The notes beneath the pieces are model-generated. The model was given only the letters and a program-made list of their open reading frames with translations. It did not search any database and was not told where the DNA came from. From an uncultured Oscillospiraceae bacterium (GTDB taxonomy: Bacteria > Bacillota > Clostridia > Oscillospirales > Oscillospiraceae), in assembly GCA_944385715.1 (NCBI GenBank), contig CALWYI010000001.1, positions 1 through 56,883 on the forward strand: 56,883 nt of DNA, written 5' to 3'. The number at the start of each line of letters is the position of its first letter. The stretch's first letter is position 1. The position numbers and the translations under genes are program-made. Of this stretch, positions 28,095 to 34,681 are shown piece after piece.

Positions 28095-28144
28095 GTTACC
28101 GGGGTGTGTCGCACCATATGGATGAAGAAAAGGAGGAAAACGCG

Positions 28145-29485
28145 ATGTATATTCTGGCAAACGGACGGCTCATCACCCGGAACAGCGCCCTGCCCTACCT
28201 GAGGGACGGCGGCGTGGTCATCGACGGCACCAGGATCCTGGAGGTGGGGACCACCACAGATCTGAAGGCCAAGTACCCCCAGGCGGAGTTCATCGACGCC
28301 AAGGGCGGCGTCATCATGCCAGGTCTGGTCAATGCCCATACCCACATCTACTCCGCCCTGGCCCGGGGCCTTTCCATCAACGGTTTCAACCCCACCAACT
28401 TCTTTGAGGTGCTGGACGGCCAGTGGTGGTACATCGACCGCCACCTGACCCTGAAGGGTACCCGGGCCAGCGCCGACGCCCTGTATATGGACTGCATCAA
28501 GCAGGGCGTTACCACCATCTTTGACCACCACGCCTCCTACGCGGAGGTCCCCGGTTCCCTGATGGAGATCGCGGACAGCGCCAAAAAGTTCGGTATCCGC
28601 TCCTGCCTGTGCTATGAGGTCAGCGACCGGGACGGAGAGGAGAAGTGCCTGCAGGCCATCCAGGAGAACGCGGATTTCATCACCTACTGTGAGAAAAATC
28701 CCAGCGACATGCTGGCGGCCATGTTCGGCGGCCACGCCCTCTTTACCATCTCCGACAAGACCTTTGAGCGGATGGTGGAGGCCAACAACGGCCGCACCGG
28801 CTTCCATATCCATGTCTCCGAGGGCATGAACGACGTCTACGACAGCCTCCAGAACTACGGCCGCCGCCCGGTCCAGCGGCTCCAGGACCACGGCATCCTG
28901 GGTCCCAAGACCATCCTGGGCCACTGCATCCATGTGAATACCGCCGAGATGGAGATCATCCAGGCCACCGGCACCATGACGGTAAACAACCCGGAGAGCA
29001 ACATGGGCAACGCCGTGGGCTGCAGCCCTGTCCTCCAGCTCATGAAGCGGGGCATCACCGTGGGCCTTGGTACCGACGCCTATACCAACGACATGCTGGA
29101 GAGCATCAAAGTTGCCCTCACCATCCAGCGCCACAATGCGTGCCTGCCCAACGTGGGCTGGTGCGAGGTGACGGATATGCTCTTCAAGAACAACCCCATC
29201 ATCGGGGAGAAGTACTTCGGCGTGCCCCTGGGGAAGCTGGCCCCCGGCGCCGCCGCCGACGTGATCGTCATGGACTACAAGCCCTTCACGCCCTTCTCCG
29301 ACGCCAACATCGACGGCCATATGCTCTTCGGCATGACAGGCCGCCAGTGTGAGACAACCATCTGCAACGGCAAGGTCCTCATGAAGGACCGCCAGCTGGT
29401 GGGCATCGACGAGGAGGCCGAGAATGCCCATATTCTGGAGGAATCCAAGAAACTTTGGGGTGCGCTGAACCACTGCGAATACTAA
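28145..29485 (+). CDS. ssnA: amidohydrolase-superfamily protein SsnA (chlorohydrolase/deaminase-like)
   Basis: Start MYILANGRLITRN (AAAGGAGGA RBS); LVNAHTHIYS HxH metal site, GHCIH, GLGTDA motifs; followed by a ygfK homologue as in E. coli. Confidence 0.8.
   Translation: MYILANGRLITRNSALPYLRDGGVVIDGTRILEVGTTTDLKAKYPQAEFIDAKGGVIMPGLVNAHTHIYSALARGLSINGFNPTNFFEVLDGQWWYIDRHLTLKGTRASADALYMDCIKQGVTTIFDHHASYAEVPGSLMEIADSAKKFGIRSCLCYEVSDRDGEEKCLQAIQENADFITYCEKNPSDMLAAMFGGHALFTISDKTFERMVEANNGRTGFHIHVSEGMNDVYDSLQNYGRRPVQRLQDHGILGPKTILGHCIHVNTAEMEIIQATGTMTVNNPESNMGNAVGCSPVLQLMKRGITVGLGTDAYTNDMLESIKVALTIQRHNACLPNVGWCEVTDMLFKNNPIIGEKYFGVPLGKLAPGAAADVIVMDYKPFTPFSDANIDGHMLFGMTGRQCETTICNGKVLMKDRQLVGIDEEAENAHILEESKKLWGALNHCEY
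29416..29485 (+). repeat. direct repeat B1 = last 70 nt of ssnA incl. stop
   Basis: 68/70 identical to 29627-29696. Confidence 0.95.
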
Positions 29486-29626
29486 GCAGCCGCTCTCGGC
29501 CTCCTCACCGCCGCGAAGCGGCGTACAAGCGTTTTGCGCGGGAAGCGCAAAACCTTGGGACGGCGGAATTCACTTCCGCCGGACAAAGTGGGAATAGGGC
29601 TCCCATGGGGCCGGCCCCATGGGAAG
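29486..29626 (+). mobile_element. candidate miniature gene-less insertion B (141 bp), homologous to insert A
   Basis: Between B1 and B2; blocks gcgtacaagcgt / hairpin / accttg / hairpin (loop ttcac) / ..aatag.. / hairpin in same order as insert A. Confidence 0.45.
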
Positions 29627-29696
29627 GGCCGAGAATGCCCACATTCTGGAGGAATCCAAGAAACTTTGGGGTGCGCTGAACCACTGCGAATATTAA
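29627..29696 (+). repeat. direct repeat B2 (non-coding copy of ssnA 3' end)
   Basis: differs from B1 only by CAT->CAC and TAC->TAT, both synonymous in the ssnA frame. Confidence 0.95.
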
Positions 29697-29727
29697 AATC
29701 GGGGCTTCCCCGGCCCCGGACCCCGGG

Positions 29728-29815
29728 GTACTTTTCCCTCGCCGGAAAAGTACCCAAAAGGGCGCCAGGGAGACCCTGGACCCCCTCTTTTTGTCTAATT
29801 GGACACTATCAGGGG
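29728..29815 (+). repeat. left arm of ~88-bp imperfect inverted repeat (two hairpin modules)
   Basis: gtacttttcc-ctcgcc-ggaaaagtac ... ccaggg-aga-ccctgg ...; about three quarters identical (by eye) to reverse complement of 30090-30176. Confidence 0.85.
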
Positions 29816-30089
29816 AGATGCCCAGTTGCCACTGAAATGCCTCTTTGCCTCCGGTTCCCTCGTAATTGGTGCGGTGGGTATCTGACCTTGCCTGACGGCC
29901 CTCGTGCTAATAGGTGTTTCCTAGTATGCAGCAATAGATATATCTATCCCTTTAAGCCCGTAGGCCCCTATCTGCTAACCCCGCCCGCGGCGGATTCAAA
30001 TGAGGACAGGGCGTCAGCCGAAGCCAGACGAGAAAACCGCCGCAGATCAGATGCCAAAAGAAGCCGATTCAGTGGCTGCGCAGTTGCAG

Positions 30090-30176
30090 CCTCGATACCG
30101 ACCGATTGGACAAACAACGGGGTCCGGGGTGTCCCCGGCGGCGTTTTGGTTACTTTGCCGCCGAGGGCAAAGTAAC
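30090..30176 (-). repeat. right arm of the inverted repeat
   Basis: reverse complement gttactttgcc-ctcggc-ggcaaagtaac ... ccgggg-aca-ccccgg ...; stems kept by compensatory changes. Confidence 0.85.
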
Positions 30177-30183
30177 CGCGGGG

Positions 30184-30321
30184 CACGGGGGCGCGTAGCC
30201 CCTGGCGAATAGCACCCTGGGTGCGGGGGCGGAGCCCCCGTCAAATAGCGCCCGGGGACCGGGGCTGGAAGCCCCGTTAAGAACGATCCCGCCTGTGGGC
30301 GCGTAAGCCCACGATAAAAAG
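30184..30321 (+). repeat. tandem array of four ~29-37-nt GC-hairpin units ending at the ygfK RBS
   Basis: units 30184-30212, 30213-30248, 30249-30284, 30285-30321, each with ggggc-N3-5-gcccc (last tgggc/gccca) followed by an A-rich tail (gaatag, aaatag, taagaac, ataaaaag). Confidence 0.75.
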
Positions 30322-30333
30322 GAGGAAACAAAC

Positions 30334-33288
30334 ATGTCTGAACTGATGATCCCCATTCCGTTCCGGGAACTGATGACCTGGATCACCACCGAGTACGCCC
30401 GGGAGGGCTCCGTATTCGGCGTCCACCGGCCCTACAAGGCCGGGGAGAAGAAGCTGCCCATCTTCGGCGGCGAGACCATCGAGACACCCTTCGGCCCCGC
30501 GGCCGGTCCCAATACCCAGCTGGCCCAGAATATCATTGCCTCCTACTTCGCCGGGGCCCGGTTCTTTGAATTGAAAACCGTCCAGAAGATGGACGGCGCG
30601 GACCTGGCGGCCTGTGTCAACCGCCCCTGCATTCTGGCGGAGGACGAGTGCTACAACTGCGAGTGGAGTACGGAGCTCTACGTTCCCCAGGCCTACGAGG
30701 AGTATGTGAAGGCCTGGTGCGCCTGCAAGATCCTGGCCAAGGTGTACGGCCTGGGCGATCCCAACGGCTTTGTGTTCAATATGTCCGTGGGCTACGACCT
30801 GGAGGGCATCAAGGGCCCCAAGATCGACAAGTACCTCACCGAGATGGTGGACGCCTCCAGCACCCCCATCTTCCGGGAGTGCATTGCGGTGCTCAAGGAG
30901 ATGTTCCCCCAGGAGAGCACCTACATCGATACCATCCCTGCCCGGGTGTCCGACAGCGTCACCGTCTCCACCCTCCACGGCTGCCCGCCGGATGAGATCG
31001 AGCGCATCGCCTCCTATCTCATCACCGAGAAGCACCTGCATACCTTCGTAAAGTGCAACCCCACCATCCTGGGCTATCAGTCCGCCCGGGACATCCTGGA
31101 CGGCATGGGCTACGACTATATCGCCTTCGGGGAGAAGCACTTTGACGAGGACCTCCAGTACAGCGACGCCATCCCCATGTTCCGCCGCCTCCTGAAGCTG
31201 GCGGGGGACAACGGCCTTGAGTTCGGTCTCAAGCTCTCCAACACCTTCCCGGTGGACGTCAAGCGCAATGAGCTGCCCAGCGAGGAGATGTACATGGCGG
31301 GCAAGAGCCTCTTCCCTCTGACCATCGAGATGGCCCGGCGGATCGCCAAGGAGTTTGACGGCAGGCTCCGCCTCAGCTACTCCGGCGGCGCGGACTTCTT
31401 CAACATCGACAAGCTCTTCGCCTGCGGCATCTGGCCCATCACCATGGCCACCACGGAGCTCAAGCCCGGCGGCTACCAGCGCTTCAAGCAGATTGCGGAG
31501 AAGCTGGAGATACTGCGCTTCCACCCCTTCACCGCCGTGGACGTGGAGAAGGTGGAGGCCCTGGCTATCGCCATCCGCAGCGACAAGTACCACGTGAAGG
31601 CGGTCAAGCCCCTGCCCCGGCGGAAGCTCTACAGCAAGGTGCCTCTCATCGACTGCTTCACCGCCCCCTGCAAGGGCGGCTGCCCCATCGGCCAGGACAT
31701 CCCCGAGTATATCGAGCTCTGCCGGCAGGGTGAGTATGCCCGGGCCCTGGAGGTGATTCTGGAGAAGAACCCCCTGCCCTTCATCACCGGCACCATCTGC
31801 GCCCACCACTGCATGGACAAGTGTACCCGGAATTTCTACGACCAGTCCGTCCAGATCCGGGCCACCAAGCTGGTGGCGGCGGAGCGGGGCTACGACGCGG
31901 TGATGGGGAAGCTCCAGCCCCCCACCCCTGTCTATGACGGCAAGAAGGTGGCCGTCATCGGCGGCGGCCCCACCGGCATGGCGGCGGCCTATTTCTGCGC
32001 CAGGGCCGGTATCCCCACCACCCTCTTTGAGAAGGAGAACGTCCTGGGCGGTATCGTCCACCAGGTGATCCCCGCCTTCCGCATCAGTGACGAGGCCATT
32101 GAGAAAGACGCGGCCCTCATGAGAAAGATGGGTGTGGAGGTGAAGCTGGGGGCCCCCGCTCCCGCCGTGGAGGCGCTGAAGCAGCAGGGCTATACCCATA
32201 TCCTCTTTGCCGTGGGCGCCTGGAAGGCCGGGAAGCTGGATATCCCCGGCAATGTGAAGCCCGTCATCGGCTGGATGAAGGACGTGAAGGCCGGCAAGAG
32301 GGAGCCTCTGGGCCATGTGGCGGTGGTGGGCGGCGGCAATACCGCCATGGACGCGGCCCGGCTGGCCCTCCGCTGCGGCGCGGAGAGCGGCACCCTGGTC
32401 TACCGACGCACCAGGAAGTATATGCCCGCCGATGCCGAGGAGCTGGAGCTGGCCATGGCCGACGGCGTACAGTTCCTGGAGCTGGTGAGCCCCGTGGAGC
32501 AGAAGGACGGCAAGCTCCTCTGCAGGAAGATGGTCCTGGGCGCGCCCGACGCCTCCGGCCGCCGCTCTCCCGTGGAGACCGACGAGATGGTGGAGATCCC
32601 CTGCGATACTGTTATTTCCGCTGTGGGCGAGAAGGTGGACAGCGAGCTGCTTGCTTCCTACGGTGTGACCGTCAATGAGAAGGGCCGTCCCGCCTTCGAG
32701 ACCAATCTGCCCGGCGTGTATGCCGCCGGCGACGCACTCCGGGGTCCCGCCACGGTGGTGGAGGGCATCGCCGACGCCGCCGCCTTCGCCGAGGCGGTCA
32801 TCGGCAGCGCCCGCGAGGCGGAGATCCCCGCCGCCGCCCACGCCAGCCGGGCCGAGGCCATCGCCAGGAAGGGCATCCTCTGCGAGAGCGCCAAGTGCGA
32901 GGGCGACCGGTGCCTGAGCTGCAACGTGGTGTGCCAGTGCTGCGCCGACGTGTGCCCCAACCGGGCCAACGTGGTCATCACCCTGCCCGACGGGCGGCCC
33001 CAGATCCTCCACGTGGACCGCATGTGCAACGAGTGCGGCAACTGCGCGGTGTTCTGCCCCTACGACAGCGCCCCCTACAAGGAGAAATTCACCCTGTTCC
33101 ATGACCGCGCGGGCTTTGACGCGAGCCCGGAAAACAGCGGCTTCCTGCCCCTGGGTGGACGGAAGGTGCTGGTGCGGCTGGAGGGCCGGGTCTTCGAGGC
33201 GGATCTGGACGAGACCAACGACCTGCCCGCGGAGATCGACATCTTCATCTACACTGTTCTGGTCAACTACGCCTATCTCCTGGGATAA
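30334..33288 (+). CDS. ygfK: YgfK-like Fe-S/FAD oxidoreductase (putative selenate reductase subunit family)
   Basis: 984 aa; N-terminal DHODH-like barrel, Cys clusters (CKGGCPIGQD, CAHHCMDKC), VAVIGGGPTGMAAAYF and VAVVGGGNTAMDAA dinucleotide folds, C-terminal CLSCNVVCQCCADVCP / CNECGNCAVFCP ferredoxin motifs. Confidence 0.85.
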   Translation: MSELMIPIPFRELMTWITTEYAREGSVFGVHRPYKAGEKKLPIFGGETIETPFGPAAGPNTQLAQNIIASYFAGARFFELKTVQKMDGADLAACVNRPCILAEDECYNCEWSTELYVPQAYEEYVKAWCACKILAKVYGLGDPNGFVFNMSVGYDLEGIKGPKIDKYLTEMVDASSTPIFRECIAVLKEMFPQESTYIDTIPARVSDSVTVSTLHGCPPDEIERIASYLITEKHLHTFVKCNPTILGYQSARDILDGMGYDYIAFGEKHFDEDLQYSDAIPMFRRLLKLAGDNGLEFGLKLSNTFPVDVKRNELPSEEMYMAGKSLFPLTIEMARRIAKEFDGRLRLSYSGGADFFNIDKLFACGIWPITMATTELKPGGYQRFKQIAEKLEILRFHPFTAVDVEKVEALAIAIRSDKYHVKAVKPLPRRKLYSKVPLIDCFTAPCKGGCPIGQDIPEYIELCRQGEYARALEVILEKNPLPFITGTICAHHCMDKCTRNFYDQSVQIRATKLVAAERGYDAVMGKLQPPTPVYDGKKVAVIGGGPTGMAAAYFCARAGIPTTLFEKENVLGGIVHQVIPAFRISDEAIEKDAALMRKMGVEVKLGAPAPAVEALKQQGYTHILFAVGAWKAGKLDIPGNVKPVIGWMKDVKAGKREPLGHVAVVGGGNTAMDAARLALRCGAESGTLVYRRTRKYMPADAEELELAMADGVQFLELVSPVEQKDGKLLCRKMVLGAPDASGRRSPVETDEMVEIPCDTVISAVGEKVDSELLASYGVTVNEKGRPAFETNLPGVYAAGDALRGPATVVEGIADAAAFAEAVIGSAREAEIPAAAHASRAEAIARKGILCESAKCEGDRCLSCNVVCQCCADVCPNRANVVITLPDGRPQILHVDRMCNECGNCAVFCPYDSAPYKEKFTLFHDRAGFDASPENSGFLPLGGRKVLVRLEGRVFEADLDETNDLPAEIDIFIYTVLVNYAYLLG

Positions 33289-33301
33289 GCGGACAAAAGA
33301 G

Positions 33302-33340
33302 AAGGACCGTGGAGAATCCAAAGGATTCTCCACGGTCCTT
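33302..33340. terminator. bidirectional terminator hairpin between ygfK and HD gene
   Basis: perfect 18-bp stem aaggaccgtggagaatcc / ggattctccacggtcctt, loop aaa. Confidence 0.75.
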
Positions 33341-33365
33341 GCTTGCTTGCGGGGGCGGCCCTTGG

Positions 33366-33911
33366 TCACATCCGCCGGGTGGGCGCGCTGACGGCAGGAA
33401 CCATCCTGCGGTACCACCGGCGCATGTGCCAGCCCACGGCTTCCGACATCTCACGGGAGGCCACCATCTTGTCCGCCAGGGTCAGCACCCAGGCCTCCGA
33501 ATTCCGGGGGATAGGCGCCAGGGGGAACATGTGGCTGGTGATGGCCGAGCGCTGCCGCTCATCCAGGCCGAAGAGGCGATTGGCTCTCCGGGCGGCCATG
33601 GCGCCGTGCACGAAGGCGTGCATATGGGTCAGACGGCGCAGGCCGGAGTAGTGGCGCAAAAACTGCTTGTGAGCCTCGCTGCGCCAGTCATAGCCGAAGA
33701 AGTCGTGGAGCAGAGCAGCCCGGGTCACAGCCTCGATCCGCTCCTCACGCATGTGGAACCGGCGGGCCAGCCGGTAGGCGCATTTTGCCGTATCCACCGA
33801 GTGGTCGTAGAGGGAGTTCTCCCCGCCGTGGTGGGTAAGATCCTGCATCTGCGTAAAAAGCGGATGGGTGATGATGTCGTCCGTTATGCGGTGAAATTCT
33901 TCATCCTGCAT
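33366..33911 (-). CDS. HD-domain phosphohydrolase
   Basis: LYDHSVDTA...AALLHDFFGYDW HD motif; GGAGGGGA RBS. Confidence 0.8.
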   Translation of the reverse strand: MQDEEFHRITDDIITHPLFTQMQDLTHHGGENSLYDHSVDTAKCAYRLARRFHMREERIEAVTRAALLHDFFGYDWRSEAHKQFLRHYSGLRRLTHMHAFVHGAMAARRANRLFGLDERQRSAITSHMFPLAPIPRNSEAWVLTLADKMVASREMSEAVGWHMRRWYRRMVPAVSAPTRRM

Positions 33912-34119
33912 CGGGTATCCCCTCCGATCCGCGCGGTGCGCGTGGTGTGCTGTCTCCAGCCATACCTATTATATACGGCGGCCAGGATCATATGCAAGAG
34001 CCAAATGCTGGAGAAAATTATTAAATTTTTGTGCCGGTCCCCGTCTTGTGGCGGGGGGACCGGCGTGCTACAATGGGAAAAACAGCTTGGCGGCGCTGCC
34101 GCCGGAGGAGGAGAGCATC

Positions 34120-34629
34120 GTGACAGCTGAGGAGCGACGGACGGAGATCGCGCAGACGCTCAGAGAGTCCCCGCAGCCGGTGAGCGCCGCCGCCTTGGCC
34201 AGGAAATTCGGCGTAAGCCGTCAGATCATCGTGGGGGATGTGGCGCTGCTCCGGGCCGCGGGGACAGCCATCGACGCCACGCCCCGGGGCTATGTGACCC
34301 GGCGGGAGCGGGCGGGCCTTCGGCGGCAGGTGGCCTGCCGCCACACCGCCGCCGATATGGAGGCGGAGCTGAACATCATGGTGGACAACGGCTGTACGGT
34401 GCTGGACGTGGCGGTGGACCACCCGGTGTACGGCCAGCTCACCGGGGCACTCCATCTGAGGAGTCGCTACGACGTGCAGCAGTTCGTGGCCCGCTGCGCC
34501 AAGGCCCAGCCCCTGTCCATCCTCACCGAGGGGATCCACCTCCACACCCTGTCCTGTCCCGACGAGGCGGCCTGGGAGCGGGTGCGGGCGGCCCTGGCCC
34601 AGGCCGGGTTCCTGCTGGAGGAAACCTGA
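34120..34629 (+). CDS. niaR: transcription repressor NiaR/NadR (HTH + 3H domain)
   Basis: GTG start after GGAGGAGGAG; VTAEERRTEIAQTLRESPQPVSAAALARKFGVSRQIIVGDVALLR HTH_11; three conserved His (CRHT..., VDHPVYG, GIHLHTL). Confidence 0.8.
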   Translation: MTAEERRTEIAQTLRESPQPVSAAALARKFGVSRQIIVGDVALLRAAGTAIDATPRGYVTRRERAGLRRQVACRHTAADMEAELNIMVDNGCTVLDVAVDHPVYGQLTGALHLRSRYDVQQFVARCAKAQPLSILTEGIHLHTLSCPDEAAWERVRAALAQAGFLLEET

Positions 34630-34639
34630 TCGCATAGAG

Positions 34640-34678
34640 TACCGGAGGACCGGTCCCTGTGGGGCCGGTCCTCCGGTA
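34640..34678. terminator. bidirectional terminator hairpin between niaR and helicase gene
   Basis: 14-bp arms taccggaggaccgg / ccggtcctccggta. Confidence 0.65.
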
Positions 34679-34681
34679 TTG

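Noticed and set aside
29416-29696. Diversity-generating retroelement (VR at the gene 3' end plus a downstream TR) as an explanation for the duplicated ssnA and upp ends
   Set aside because: The differences are T/C transitions rather than adenine-specific. Only 1-2 sites differ and all are silent. No reverse transcriptase or accessory gene lies in the window.
29619-29696. 25-codon mini-ORF (MGRAENAHILEESKKLWGALNHCEY*) created in frame with repeat copy B2
   Set aside because: No RBS precedes the ATG, which sits inside a hairpin arm. It is most simply a by-product of the duplication.
29816-30089. gccactg (B12-box core) and possible cobalamin riboswitch or tRNA-like sequence in the core of the inverted-repeat unit
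   Set aside because: Only a 7-nt match is present. None of the other conserved cobalamin-riboswitch segments are there, and I found no cloverleaf or T-loop (GGTTCGAATCC-like) motif.
29534-30175. 213-aa ORF, plus ORFs 29482..29757-, 29968..30186- and 30047..30331-, inside the ssnA-ygfK gap
   Set aside because: They have no RBS. They read straight through hairpin repeats in both orientations, which yields peptides like GYFSLAGKVPK / GYFALGGKVTK from opposite strands of the same repeat. Composition is not protein-like.
30184-30321. CRISPR array
   Set aside because: The units are contiguous with no spacers, are not identical, number only four, and no cas genes are present.
30277-33417. 1046-aa minus-strand ORF, and similar very long ORFs: 127..1191+, 2423..3934-, 5374..7101+, 9673..11058+, 11588..14419+, 28064..29473-, 40148..41653+, 42835..44382-, 48297..50267-, 55817..56857-
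   Set aside because: These are shadow frames of a GC-rich genome. They lie antisense to or out of frame with genes that carry clear family motifs and RBSs. They translate to Gly/Ala/Pro/Arg/Val/His-rich low-complexity strings, and they lack RBSs.
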